Below, piece after piece: positions 19,319-29,082 of a stretch of 64,000 nt of DNA (position 1 is its first letter; each line of letters begins with the position of its first letter). Location: NCBI GenBank assembly GCA_964348085.1, contig CAYGBI010000012.1, positions 215 to 64,214 of the forward strand. Reading direction: 5' to 3'. Made by a program: the position numbers and the translations under genes. Under the pieces are notes generated by a model that was given only the letters and a program-made list of their open reading frames with translations, was not told where the DNA came from and did not search any database. Origin of the DNA: an uncultured Pseudomonadales bacterium. Lineage in GTDB: Bacteria > Pseudomonadota > Gammaproteobacteria > Pseudomonadales > Azotimanducaceae.

Positions 19319-19845
19319 TGCTGGCCGAGTTCGCGGTCGTTGACATCGCGATGGTGGTCGTCCTCCTCGCCTCCGCGGCGGTGGGGTTGATGCGAGGCTT
19401 CGTCAAAGAAGTGGTGTCGTTGGTGATCTGGGGCGCGGCGCTCTTTCTCGGCTTGGCGTTCGGTCGCCCGTTGGGCGAGTTCCTGGCGTTGGACCTCGGG
19501 CCGAAGCTGCCAACCGTAGTCGGTTTCCTAACGGTATTCGTTGCAGTGCTCATCGTCGGCGCCGTCGTCCAGCGTCTACTGCGCGGCTTGGTCCAGTCTG
19601 CGGGACTGTCCGGTTCCGACCGGACCTTGGGCTTGGTGTTCGGCGCCGTGCGCGGCTTGGCGGTGGTGGTCGTCGGGCTGATCGCCATACGTCCGTTCGC
19701 CGAGGAGCAGGCTTGGTGGCAAGAATCCCGATTCGCGCCGGCGGTGCTGACCTTTGAGCCAGAAGTGCTGGCCGCGGCCGACGCGCTGATGGGCGTGCTC
19801 GGCGAAGGCGAGCCGACGAGCGTCGTGAACGAGGGGGCAAGCTAA
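19318..19845 (+). CDS. cvpA: CvpA family membrane protein
   Basis: 175-aa four-TM protein in the conserved cvpA-purF position. Confidence 0.85.
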   Translation: MLAEFAVVDIAMVVVLLASAAVGLMRGFVKEVVSLVIWGAALFLGLAFGRPLGEFLALDLGPKLPTVVGFLTVFVAVLIVGAVVQRLLRGLVQSAGLSGSDRTLGLVFGAVRGLAVVVVGLIAIRPFAEEQAWWQESRFAPAVLTFEPEVLAAADALMGVLGEGEPTSVVNEGAS

Positions 19846-21461
19846 TGTGCGGCGTAGTCGGCATCGTCAGCCAAGGTCCGGTCAACCAGCAGATCTACGA
19901 CGCCTTGCTGGCGCTCCAGCATCGCGGCCAAGACTCCGCCGGCATGGTGACTTGGGAGAGCCTGCTACGCCACGGCACGACCACCCCGGCGGACGACGAA
20001 TTGACGGTGCAAGCGCCCGGGCGCCTGCACCTGCGCAAGGGCAACGGTTTGGTGCGCGACGTATTCGCGGAACGTCACATGCGACGGTTGCGCGGCAAAA
20101 TGGGCATCGGCCACGTCCGCTATCCCACGGCCGGCACGTCGAGCGCCGCCGAGGCGCAGCCCATGTACGTCAATGCCCCCTACGGCATCAGCTTGGCGCA
20201 CAACGGCAACCTCACCAACGCGCGGGAGTTGGAGGCGGGCGTATTTCGCGCCGGCCTGCGTCATGTCAACACGGATTCGGATTCCGAGATACTGCTCAAC
20301 GTATTCGCCCACGAACTGCAGAAGATCGGCGCACCGCACCCCGAAGCGAAGCACATTTTCGCCGCGGTGGAGGGCGTGCATCGACGCTGTCGCGGCGCCT
20401 ACGCGGCCGTGGCGATGATTAACGGCCTCGGCGTGGTGGCGTTTCGCGACCCGCACGGCATTCGCCCACTCGCTTTCGGCAGCAAGCGAACGGCCAACGG
20501 GCAAGAGGTGATGGTGGCGTCGGAAAGCAACGCCATCGACATTCTGGGCTTCGACTTCGAGCGCGACTTGGCGCCGGGCGAGGCGATCTTTATCGACGCC
20601 GATGGGCGCGCGGTCACCCGGCGCTGCGCGCGGCCCGCCGAGCATGCGCCGTGCATCTTCGAGTACGTCTACCTCGCCCGCGAGGATTCGGTGCTGGACA
20701 ACGTTTCGGTCTATCGGGCGCGTCTGCGCATGGGCGAGAAGCTCGCGTCGCATGTCCTCAAGCGCTATGCCAAACGGCGTGTTCGCCTCGACAGCCGCCA
20801 CGCCAAGCAGGGCCACGACATCGACGTGGTGATTCCGATTCCCGAATCCAGCCGCGCCTGCGCGATTCCGTTGGCGCACGCCCTCGGCGTTCGCTTCCGC
20901 GAGGGCTTCGTGAAGAACCGGTATATCGGCCGCACGTTCATCATGCCGGGGCAAACGCAGCGCGCGAAATCCGTACAGCAGAAGCTGAACGCCATGCCGG
21001 TGGAGTTTCAAGGCAAGAACGTGCTGCTGGTGGAAGACTCCATCGTGCGCGGCACGACCACCGGCCAAATCGTTCACCAGGCGCGCAAGGCCGGCGCCAA
21101 CAAAGTGTTTATGGCCGTGGCCGCGCCGCCGGTGCGTTATCCCAACGTATACGGCATCGACATGCCGGCGTCGCACGAGTTCATCGCCTACAACCGCACC
21201 CAAGAGCAGATCGCCAAGCAGATCGGCGTGGACTGGCTGGTGTATCAGACGCTGCCGGACTTGGTGGCCGCGACCTCGGGTGGCAACAAGAAGCTCACGC
21301 GCTTCGAATGCTCCGTATTCGACGGCGAGTACATCACCGGCGACATTGACGAAACCTACTTGACCCGGCTCTCCGAAGTGCGCAGCGACCGGGCGAAGCA
21401 GAGCCTGACCATGGAACAAGCCGACGAACCGCCGGTGATCGAACTGCACAACCATGCGTAG
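19845..21461 (+). CDS. purF: amidophosphoribosyltransferase
   Basis: Begins MCGVVGI (N-terminal nucleophile Cys). Carries a PRTase motif VLLVEDSIVRGTT. Confidence 0.95.
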   Translation: MCGVVGIVSQGPVNQQIYDALLALQHRGQDSAGMVTWESLLRHGTTTPADDELTVQAPGRLHLRKGNGLVRDVFAERHMRRLRGKMGIGHVRYPTAGTSSAAEAQPMYVNAPYGISLAHNGNLTNARELEAGVFRAGLRHVNTDSDSEILLNVFAHELQKIGAPHPEAKHIFAAVEGVHRRCRGAYAAVAMINGLGVVAFRDPHGIRPLAFGSKRTANGQEVMVASESNAIDILGFDFERDLAPGEAIFIDADGRAVTRRCARPAEHAPCIFEYVYLAREDSVLDNVSVYRARLRMGEKLASHVLKRYAKRRVRLDSRHAKQGHDIDVVIPIPESSRACAIPLAHALGVRFREGFVKNRYIGRTFIMPGQTQRAKSVQQKLNAMPVEFQGKNVLLVEDSIVRGTTTGQIVHQARKAGANKVFMAVAAPPVRYPNVYGIDMPASHEFIAYNRTQEQIAKQIGVDWLVYQTLPDLVAATSGGNKKLTRFECSVFDGEYITGDIDETYLTRLSEVRSDRAKQSLTMEQADEPPVIELHNHA

Positions 21462-21592
21462 ACGGCCGCGCCTTGTCGGGCGGGCGCCGGACCGTTGTCG
21501 GTGCGACGCGGACTTTCGCCACGGACTGCGAGAGATGGGGGAGAGGTGGTGCCGATAATCGGCGTGCGCGGCGTTTGGCGTGGGTTCGCGGC

Positions 21593-22042
21593 ATGACGCG
21601 CTTGGTTGCTTCGATGAAGCGCCGCACGCCCTGCGTAGGTGTCTGTTCCACCACCTATGGCGACTTGGTGTGTCGCGGCTGCAAACGCTTCGCGCATGAA
21701 ATCGTCGGCTGGAATGGTTATCGGGAAAGTCAGCGCGAGTTGGTGTGGACGCGGTTGCACACGCTATTGGCGCAGAGCGTGGGCGTATTCCTCGGGGTGG
21801 CCGACGAGCGCGAATTGCGCGCCGTTGCCAAGGCTGCCCGGGTGGCGGATGCCGATGTGCTGCCGGCGGAGGTGCTTGCCTTTCACACCATGCGCTCGTG
21901 TCCGTTGGCGCTTCGCGAACTGGGTTTGGCGAGCCGCTCGGACGCGACGGAGACGCCCGAGGTGGTGCGCATGATCGACCGGGAGTTCTACCTACGCTCG
22001 TGCGCCCATTTCGAGGCGAGCTTCAAGACCCCGGCTGCCTAG
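21593..22042 (+). CDS. DUF1289-domain protein
   Basis: Internal ATG at 21593. The Cys motif CVGVCSTTYGDLVCRGCKRF is characteristic of DUF1289. Confidence 0.65.
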   Translation: MTRLVASMKRRTPCVGVCSTTYGDLVCRGCKRFAHEIVGWNGYRESQRELVWTRLHTLLAQSVGVFLGVADERELRAVAKAARVADADVLPAEVLAFHTMRSCPLALRELGLASRSDATETPEVVRMIDREFYLRSCAHFEASFKTPAA

Positions 22043-22045
22043 GAC

Positions 22046-22249
22046 ATTAGCGTTACGAAAGCTGCTGCCTCCCGGCACCGCCTTCGCCCTAAGCCCAAGC
22101 CGCCTACACGACGGAGATCGGACTTCGCGGTTGACGCCGCCGACGGCCACTAGCGCCACGACAGCCGCTGCCTGCCGGCACCGCCTTTCGCCCCTGCCCA
22201 ACTGCCCTATCACCCCGTCGGACTTCGCGGCTAATACCGCCAAGTCCGA
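22046..22249 (-). repeat. two tandem copies of the CTAG-bounded ~100-bp palindromic repeat family (about 22046..22145 and 22150..22249)
   Basis: Both copies contain GCTGCCT(C/G)CCGGCACCGCCTT(T)CGCCC...GTCGGACTTCGCGG. This is the reverse complement of the core seen at 30797, 32751 and 56165. Confidence 0.8.
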
Positions 22250-22255
22250 TGGATG

Positions 22256-22966
22256 CTACGTCAGCGGGAAGCACTCCAAGGCGGCATCGCCGCGCTGAAG
22301 CCGCAGTCGCCAACCGCAACGGCGCCAATCGCCGAGCACGATACGACGGCCGGCCGCGTGCCGGTGGATGCCGGGCCGATGCGTATGCCCGTGGACCAAG
22401 AGCCTTGCGTCCGCCTCGGCGAGGGACGTTTCCACGGCCGCCGGCGTCACATCCATGATGTTGTCCGCCTTGTTCTCGTTGGCGGCGATGCTCTTGGCGC
22501 GCAACGTCGCCGCGAGGGCGCGCCGAGAAGACAAGGGCGTGGCCAGCACTCCGGCCTGCCACTCGGCGGAGCGAAATAGCGCTCGGGCGCGTTGGTATTC
22601 GGCGTCGCCGGTGCAGTAGGCATCGCCATGCGCGATTAGCACACGCTCGCCGTCGACGTCGATGACGCTGGGGTCCGGCAAGAGCGTGGCGCCGGTGTCG
22701 GCGGCAAAGCGCTCGCCGAACAGGAAGTCGCGGTTGCCGTGCATCACGTAGAGGGCGCAGCGCTCGGCCGCTTGGCGCAATACCTCGCGGGTGGCATCGG
22801 CCACCGCGGCATCGTCGTCGTCGCCGACCCAGACTTCCACCAAGTCTCCCAGTATGTACAGCGCATCGACGGTGGCCGCCTCGCTCGCCAGCATACGTCT
22901 CAGCCCGGCCAAGACGTGCGGGCGCGTCTCGTCAATGTGCAGGTCGGAGATAAAGAGGGCGCTCAT
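22256..22966 (-). CDS. lpxH: UDP-2,3-diacylglucosamine diphosphatase
   Basis: Internal ATG at 22966 (MSALFISDLHID...). Calcineurin-like metallophosphoesterase motifs GDLVEVW, HGNRD and HGHTHRP. Confidence 0.9.
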   Translation of the reverse strand: MSALFISDLHIDETRPHVLAGLRRMLASEAATVDALYILGDLVEVWVGDDDDAAVADATREVLRQAAERCALYVMHGNRDFLFGERFAADTGATLLPDPSVIDVDGERVLIAHGDAYCTGDAEYQRARALFRSAEWQAGVLATPLSSRRALAATLRAKSIAANENKADNIMDVTPAAVETSLAEADARLLVHGHTHRPGIHRHAAGRRIVLGDWRRCGWRLRLQRGDAALECFPLT

Positions 22967-22991
22967 GCACTGGACTCCACGAGTCGTCTGG

Positions 22992-23849
22992 CTAACCGGC
23001 GGCGGCGAGTTCGGCGGCGGCGAGGGTGTTCTCCAACAGCGACGCGCGGGTGACCGGACCGACGCCGCCCGGCACCGGCGTAATCCAGCCGGCGCGCTCG
23101 GCCACCTCTTCGAAGCGCACGTCGCCGCGCAACGACCCGTCGGGCTGCGCGACGATGCCGACGTCGATAACGACGGCGCCGGGTCGCACCCAGTCCGCCC
23201 CCAACAAGCCGGCTTTGCCGGTGGCGGAGACCACGACATCCGCTTGTGCCACGTGTTCGCGGGCGGACTTGGAGAAGCGATGCACCGTGGTCACCGTGCA
23301 GCCGGCGAGCAGCAACTCGAGCCCCATCGGCCGCCCCACATGGTTGGAGGCGCCCACCACCGTAGCGTGCAAGCCGCGCAGGGGAACGCCGGTCGCGGCC
23401 AACAAGGACATCACCGCCTTCGGCGTGCAGGGGCGAATGCTGGGTTCGCGCAACACCAAGCGACCCATGTTGTGTGGATGCACGCCGTCGACGTCTTTCT
23501 TCGGCAGCACGTGCTCGGTCACCCGCAACGCGTCGATATGCGGCGGCAACGGCAGTTGCACCAAGATGCCGTCGAAGCCGGCATCGGCGTTTAGCTCGTC
23601 GATGATCGCGAGGAGTTCCGCTTCGCTGGTTTCGGCCGGCAAGTGACGGACTTTCGCCTTGAGTCCGACCTGCTCGCAGTCCTTGCGCTTGAGGCGCACA
23701 TAGATCAGCGAGCTAGGGTCGTCGCCGACCAGCAACACCGCGAGCCCCGGCGCACGCAGGCCACGCGCGCGCCGGGCGCGTACCTTGGCGGCCAAGTCGC
23801 GGCGGATGGCTCGGGCGATGGCGTTGCCGTCGAGTATTCTGGCGGGCAT
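22992..23849 (-). CDS. folD: bifunctional methylenetetrahydrofolate dehydrogenase / methenyl-THF cyclohydrolase
   Basis: Internal ATG at 23849 ([12 protein letters not shown]...). FolD-like throughout ([33 protein letters not shown]). Confidence 0.95.
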   Translation of the reverse strand: MPARILDGNAIARAIRRDLAAKVRARRARGLRAPGLAVLLVGDDPSSLIYVRLKRKDCEQVGLKAKVRHLPAETSEAELLAIIDELNADAGFDGILVQLPLPPHIDALRVTEHVLPKKDVDGVHPHNMGRLVLREPSIRPCTPKAVMSLLAATGVPLRGLHATVVGASNHVGRPMGLELLLAGCTVTTVHRFSKSAREHVAQADVVVSATGKAGLLGADWVRPGAVVIDVGIVAQPDGSLRGDVRFEEVAERAGWITPVPGGVGPVTRASLLENTLAAAELAAAG

Positions 23850-23925
23850 GGACGTTCCTTGGCAGCGTGGGATTGTACGCCAACGTCGCATGACGGCAGT
23901 CGGTCAAGCGCTTGCGCCACAAGGC

Positions 23926-24792
23926 TCAGGCGGGTGTTTGGCGATTGACGAAGACGCCGGGGGTGCCGCGCAGGCTGATGCGATAGAGCAGGCGCGTGTC
24001 GCTTGGCCCCGTCGCCGCCGGCAGCGGTGTCGCGCTGTGCATCACGGTGGGGTTGTCCCACATCACCAAGTCGAACGGGCGGTAGGCGTGACAGGCGAGG
24101 AAGCGATCCTGAAACGCGTGTTCGCACAGCGCTTTGAGCAACGCGGTCGCCTCCGCTTGCGCCATGCCGCGGATGCCCTGACTGGTGCCGGTCGGCGCAT
24201 AGAGCGTCTTCTCCCCGGTAATCGGGTGTCGCCGGACCAAGGGGTGATGCACGGTATGGCTCTGATCCCAGCCTGTCGGCGGCACTGGCTTGTGGTCTCC
24301 GGGCCGCGCAGCGACCGAGGTGCCGTGGCGATGCGCCACGACTAGATCTTCGATCTCCCGCTTACGCTCCGCCGGCAGCGCTCGGTAGGCCGCCGCCATA
24401 TCGCAGAACTTGGTCTCGCCGCCCTGCATTGGCGCTTGCACGGAGTACAGCATGGTCACCGACGACACCGTTCGCCTGAACGACTGATCGGTGTGCCAAT
24501 GCGCCGCCCCCTGCAGTGATCGCTCGGTATCCACACCGATGTTGGTGAGGTTGGCGATCTCCGGATAGTCGGCATCCTTGCTGAGCCGGATGGGTTGGCC
24601 CACTCGCCGTGCGAAGGCGACGTAGTCCGCCTTCTTCACCCCGTTGGTGCGCAGCACGGCGAAGCGGTGCCGGTAAAGGTCGAGCAGGAGACGCTTGAGG
24701 GCGTCATCCGTCAGACGCGGTATATCGACGTCCACGACTTCGACGCCGAAGTTGCCGCCGAGCGGACGTAGGGTGTAGTTCTTGACCTCCAT
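23926..24792 (-). CDS. TauD/TfdA family Fe(II)/2-oxoglutarate dioxygenase
   Basis: 288 aa with HWHTDQSF (the HxD of the facial triad) and a TauD-like C-terminal region. Confidence 0.85.
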   Translation of the reverse strand: MEVKNYTLRPLGGNFGVEVVDVDIPRLTDDALKRLLLDLYRHRFAVLRTNGVKKADYVAFARRVGQPIRLSKDADYPEIANLTNIGVDTERSLQGAAHWHTDQSFRRTVSSVTMLYSVQAPMQGGETKFCDMAAAYRALPAERKREIEDLVVAHRHGTSVAARPGDHKPVPPTGWDQSHTVHHPLVRRHPITGEKTLYAPTGTSQGIRGMAQAEATALLKALCEHAFQDRFLACHAYRPFDLVMWDNPTVMHSATPLPAATGPSDTRLLYRISLRGTPGVFVNRQTPA

Positions 24793-24873
24793 GACAAGCG
24801 AAATTGCCTAGGGTTGGTGCGCGTGTCAAACAGCCTCACGACGCCTTAGGGCCAGCCACCGGATTGGCAGCCC

Positions 24874-24980
24874 ACCGAGCCGGGGACACCCACCGGCCAT
24901 CGAACCGGGGACACCCACCGGCACCGAGCCGGGGACACCCACCCCGACCGCCACCGAGCCGAGACACCCACCGCCGACGG
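24874..24980. repeat. four imperfect tandem 24-30-bp repeats (core ACCGAGCCGGGGACACCCACC) in a divergent intergenic region
   Basis: Units start at about 24874, 24899, 24923 and 24953. They lie between the TauD start (24792, minus strand) and the acyl-CoA dehydrogenase start (25138, plus strand). Confidence 0.75.
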
Positions 24981-25137
24981 GCGACCAACCGCCCGACCCA
25001 TAGGCATCGCCGCCGCCCCTTGCACTCGTCGCCAAGCGCGGATTTACTTAACACTCACAACCCCCGCCGCAACAACAGGCCATTGGCCTGCTGTGGTCTG
25101 TCGTAGTTTGTTGAGAGTGGCCTCTATGGGAGAAGCG

Positions 25138-26310
25138 ATGAGTTTTCGAGAGGAAGTGCGAGATTGGCTGGATGAGAACTGTCCGCCGAGCATTAGACGT
25201 CCCGCCCGTGCGAACGAAGGCACCGGCGGCGGGCGGCGAGCCACCTACCCCAACCCGGAAGTGAAGCTTTGGTTGGACCGCATGGCCGAGAAGGGCTGGA
25301 CCGCGCCGATGTGGCCGAGGGAGTACGGCGGCGGTGGTCTGAACAAGGAAGAGGCGGGCGTCCTCGGCGAGGAACTGCGCCGCATTCGGGCACGGCCGGC
25401 GCACACGGGCATGGGGCTGTCGATGATCGGCCCGGCGCTCCTCGAGTTCGGCAGCGAAGAACAGAAGCAGGAGCATCTGCCGAAGATCGTACGCGGCGAT
25501 ATCTGGTGGTGCCAAGGCTACAGCGAACCCGGCTCCGGTTCCGACTTGGCCAGCCTGCAAACCCGCGCTGTCGACGACGGCGACGACTTCATCGTCAACG
25601 GCTCGAAAATTTGGACCTCCGGCGCCAACTTCGCCGACTGGATGTTCTGCTTGGTGCGCACGGACCCCGACGCGCCGAAACACGAAGGCATCTCGTTCAT
25701 CCTGTTCGACATGGAGACGCCGGGGGTCTCGGTAAAGCCCATCAAGCTCATCAGCGGCGCGTCGCCGTTTTGCCAGACTTTCTTGGACGATGTGCGCGTA
25801 CCGAAGAGGAATCTGGTCGGCGAACGCGGCAAGGGTTGGACGGTGGGCAAGCGCTTGCTGCAGTACGAGCGCACCTCCATCGGCGGCATGGGCGGCAGCG
25901 GTGGCGGCGGGGATCCGCTGGCCGAACTGGCCAAGCGCTACGCCGGCCACGCGAACGGCAAGATCGACGATGTCGCCTTACGCAGACGGCTGCTCGATCA
26001 TCGCATCACGGACCGCGCGTACGGATTGACCGTTCGGCGTAGCGGCGAGGAGATGCGCTCGGGGCGGGCACCGACATTCCTGTCGTCGATGTTCAAGCTG
26101 TACGGCACGGAACAAAACAAGAGGCGTTACGAAATCATGCTCGACATCATGGGCAGCCAAATGCTCGGCTGGGAAGGCGAGGACTTCCGCCCGCGCGAAC
26201 TCTCGGCCACCCGCGAGTGGCTGCGTTCCCGCGCCAATTCCATCGAAGGCGGCACGTCCGAGGTGCAGCTCAACATCATCGCCAAGCGTATTCTCGGCTT
26301 GCCGGACTAA
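25138..26310 (+). CDS. acyl-CoA dehydrogenase family protein
   Basis: ATG at 25138 preceded by GGGAGAAG. ACAD motifs are present (WCQGYSEPGSGSDLASL, GSKIWTSGA, C-terminal GGTSEVQLNIIAKRILGLP). Confidence 0.9.
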   Translation: MSFREEVRDWLDENCPPSIRRPARANEGTGGGRRATYPNPEVKLWLDRMAEKGWTAPMWPREYGGGGLNKEEAGVLGEELRRIRARPAHTGMGLSMIGPALLEFGSEEQKQEHLPKIVRGDIWWCQGYSEPGSGSDLASLQTRAVDDGDDFIVNGSKIWTSGANFADWMFCLVRTDPDAPKHEGISFILFDMETPGVSVKPIKLISGASPFCQTFLDDVRVPKRNLVGERGKGWTVGKRLLQYERTSIGGMGGSGGGGDPLAELAKRYAGHANGKIDDVALRRRLLDHRITDRAYGLTVRRSGEEMRSGRAPTFLSSMFKLYGTEQNKRRYEIMLDIMGSQMLGWEGEDFRPRELSATREWLRSRANSIEGGTSEVQLNIIAKRILGLPD

Positions 26311-26353
26311 GCGAGCGGATTGAAGCGGGTCGAGAGCAGCGGAGGGAGACAGG

Positions 26354-27337
26354 ATGAGACGATTACTGTCCGCGTTGGCGGTTATCGGGTGTGCCAGCGT
26401 TGGCGGCGGCCAAGAGGCGAGCGAGTCGGCGGTCGAGACGCTTGATCTCGATCAGCTACTCGAGCGGTTCGGCTGGAGTTTCGACACGACGGAGATCACG
26501 TCGCAGAAAGTCGGCGACGGCCTCTATGTGCTGTTCGGCGTCGGCGGCAACATCGCCGCCTCCGTGGGCGAGCAGGGCGTGCTCATCGTCGATGACATGT
26601 TCCCGGAGATGATTCCCAAGATAGAGGCCGCCATCCGGGAAATACGCGGCGACACAGCCGGCAACGGTGGCATCGACTTCGCCATCAACACGCACTGGCA
26701 CTTCGACCATGCCGAGGGCAACTTGGCGCTCGGCCCGGCGGGCACTTGGATCGTGGCGCACGAAAACTCGGCAGCGATGATGGCGAAGCCCAACATCATC
26801 AATCTCGTGAGCCTAAAGTACGCGCAACAAGCCTATCCACCGGCGGCACGACCGGCCATCTCCTTTGATGACCGCATGCGCTTTCACTTCAACGGCGAAG
26901 AAATCGACGTCGTGCATGCCGGCCCGGCGCACACTGCCGGGGATGCGGCGGTCATCTTTCGCAACCACAACGCCGTACATTTCGGCGATGTGTTCAACAA
27001 CACCGGCTATCCGTTCATCGACGCCGACAGCGGCGGGGGCATAGACGGCATGATCGCCTTCTGCCAAGCCATCCTAGACGAGATGCAGTCGGGCGCGGTC
27101 ATCATTCCGGGCCACGGCGAAGTCACCGACATCGCCACCTTGCAGGCGTATATCGACATGCTCACGACCGTGCGCGAACGGGTGGCCAAAATGATTGCCG
27201 AAGGCAAGGGACTCGCGGACGTGATCGCGGCCAAGCCGACGGCCGGTTTCGACCAAACCTACGGCCCGGCGGAGAACGCCCTCGGCTTCGTGGACCGGGT
27301 GTACACGAGTCTGGTGCGCGATATGGCCGCCGACTAG
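26354..27337 (+). CDS. secreted MBL-fold metallo-hydrolase
   Basis: Signal peptide, then the HxHxDH motif (NTHWHFDHAEGN), with HTAGD and GHG downstream. Confidence 0.85.
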   Translation: MRRLLSALAVIGCASVGGGQEASESAVETLDLDQLLERFGWSFDTTEITSQKVGDGLYVLFGVGGNIAASVGEQGVLIVDDMFPEMIPKIEAAIREIRGDTAGNGGIDFAINTHWHFDHAEGNLALGPAGTWIVAHENSAAMMAKPNIINLVSLKYAQQAYPPAARPAISFDDRMRFHFNGEEIDVVHAGPAHTAGDAAVIFRNHNAVHFGDVFNNTGYPFIDADSGGGIDGMIAFCQAILDEMQSGAVIIPGHGEVTDIATLQAYIDMLTTVRERVAKMIAEGKGLADVIAAKPTAGFDQTYGPAENALGFVDRVYTSLVRDMAAD

Positions 27338-28173
27338 CGAATCGGGGGTAGCACGCTACTCCCCGCTACTCTCGCCGAGGTGCTATCGCCGAGGTGATTC
27401 TTGAAGAACGCCACGGTTTCCTCGCGTGCGCGCTGTTGCGCCTCGCCCCGAAAGCCGTGCTTCGCGCCTTCGATCACCACCACCTTGTTGGTCACGCCCA
27501 CCTCGTCAAGCGCGGCGCTCATACGCTCGCTGTTGCTTAAGGGCACGAGTTCGTCCAAATCGCCGTGAATCAGCAAGACCGGCGGGTCGTCGTCGCTCGC
27601 GTAGTTGATGGGCGAGATTCCGGCGGCGAGTTCCGGGTCGAAGTCCAAGGCGGGGAAGCGTTCACTCGGCCCGGCGATTCCCGCTAAATCCACGGGCGGG
27701 AAGTAGGCGACTACCGCTTGCACGCGATTGCCGCCTTCGGGCGCCAGCCCCAGCATCAGCGACAGATGCCCGCCGGCGCTGCCGCCATGGACGCCCAAGC
27801 GCTCGGCGTCGATGCCGAATTGCTCCGCGTTGGCGCGAACATGCTCGACGGCTTTGCGCACGTCCGCCACCGCCTCCGGTACTTTGAAGCGCGGCGCACT
27901 GCCGTGATGCACGGCGAACACGGTGAAACCCGCGTTCAACAGATGATCGAACCACGGCAGCCGTTCTTCCGGCGGTCGCCAGTTCGAGAACCAGCCGCCG
28001 CTGACCATGAACAGCACTGCCGCGCCATTGGGGCTCTCCGGCTGTATCACGTCGTAAGTCAGCGCCATGCCGGCCTTGTGGCCGTACACCACATCGGGCG
28101 TGATGGCTGGCTTGGCAGCCGCGACGGAGCCGATTGCGAACGCCAAGACGGCGACCAACGCGCGAGCTTGCAT
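27334..28173 (-). CDS. secreted alpha/beta hydrolase (esterase/lipase-like)
   Basis: ATG at 28173 with a GGAGG SD. Signal peptide MQARALVAVLAFAIGSVAA and nucleophile elbow GGSAGG. The rest of tracked ORF 27334..28530 upstream of this ATG is not supported. Confidence 0.85.
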   Translation of the reverse strand: MQARALVAVLAFAIGSVAAAKPAITPDVVYGHKAGMALTYDVIQPESPNGAAVLFMVSGGWFSNWRPPEERLPWFDHLLNAGFTVFAVHHGSAPRFKVPEAVADVRKAVEHVRANAEQFGIDAERLGVHGGSAGGHLSLMLGLAPEGGNRVQAVVAYFPPVDLAGIAGPSERFPALDFDPELAAGISPINYASDDDPPVLLIHGDLDELVPLSNSERMSAALDEVGVTNKVVVIEGAKHGFRGEAQQRAREETVAFFKNHLGDSTSARVAGSSVLPPIR

Positions 28174-28314
28174 TTCCCCTCCAGAGGAACTGTCGACCGG
28201 ACGCATCATAGCGCACCCATGCGACCTTGCGACCGGCTGCCGTCGGCCGCCGCCTTGACACGCCAAGCAACGCCGGTGAGACTCGCGCCACCCTAGAAAG
28301 CGCCGGCAAGGCCA

Positions 28315-29040
28315 ATGATTGAGAAAGAAATCGACATCGCGACCCCCGACGGCGCCATGAACACCTTTGTCACGCATCCCGAAGAAGGCGGGCCGTTTCC
28401 GCTCGTCATCTTCTATATGGACGCCCCCGGCAAGCGCGAGGAGCTGCACGACATGGCGCGTCGCATTGCCACGGTCGGCTACTACGTCCTGCTGCCGAAC
28501 CTCTACTACCGGCAGGTGCGCGAGTTTCACCTAGGGATGCCGAACGCCACTCGGGAGCGTATGGCCGAGCTGATGGGTAGCCTGACCAATGCAAAGGTGT
28601 GCGCCGATACGCAAGCGCTGCTCGACTTCGCCGGCGAGGAGGAAGCGGCGAGCGACGGCCCGGTGGGCACGGTCGGCTACTGCATGAGCGGCCCGTTCGT
28701 GTTCGCCGCAGCGGCCGAGTTCGGCGAGCGCATCAAGGCGTCGGCGTCCCTGCACGGCGTCAGGCTATGCACGGACGCTGCGGATTCGCCGCATCTGACC
28801 GCAGATCGCATTCAGGGCGAAATCTACTTCGGTTGCGCCGAAAACGACGCTTGGGCACCGCCGGAAATGATCGATGCGCTTGGCCAGCACTTGGCCGAAG
28901 CGGGTATCGACTTCCGCATCGAATGGTATCCCGGCACCGGCCACGGCTTCGTTTTCCCGCAGCGCGACGGGCTGTACCACAAGGCCTCGGCGGAACGGCA
29001 CTGGGAACGCCTTTTCGCGCTGTTCCAGCGGAATCTCTAA
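28315..29040 (+). CDS. dienelactone hydrolase family protein
   Basis: 241 aa, DLH-like (GYCMSGP nucleophile motif, C-terminal GTGHGF). Confidence 0.85.
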   Translation: MIEKEIDIATPDGAMNTFVTHPEEGGPFPLVIFYMDAPGKREELHDMARRIATVGYYVLLPNLYYRQVREFHLGMPNATRERMAELMGSLTNAKVCADTQALLDFAGEEEAASDGPVGTVGYCMSGPFVFAAAAEFGERIKASASLHGVRLCTDAADSPHLTADRIQGEIYFGCAENDAWAPPEMIDALGQHLAEAGIDFRIEWYPGTGHGFVFPQRDGLYHKASAERHWERLFALFQRNL

Positions 29041-29082
29041 GCGCCGCCCACTGCCCCGCTACGCGTCGAGGGAGAGAGAGCC

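Noticed and set aside
19965-21455. 496-aa minus-strand ORF antisense to purF
   Set aside because: purF on the plus strand is unambiguous. The antisense ORF has no recognisable motifs.
22967-23239. Upstream extension of the lpxH ORF (tracked as 22256..23239)
   Set aside because: The extension overlaps the 3' end of folD and is Pro/Ala/Arg-rich. The LpxH homology begins at MSALFISDLH (ATG 22966).
24804-25106. 100-aa Pro/Arg-rich plus-strand ORF spanning the 24-bp tandem repeats
   Set aside because: The translation is simply the repeat read through (HPP.PSRG repeated). It has no SD, lies in a divergent promoter region, and competes with equally long ORFs on the opposite strand.
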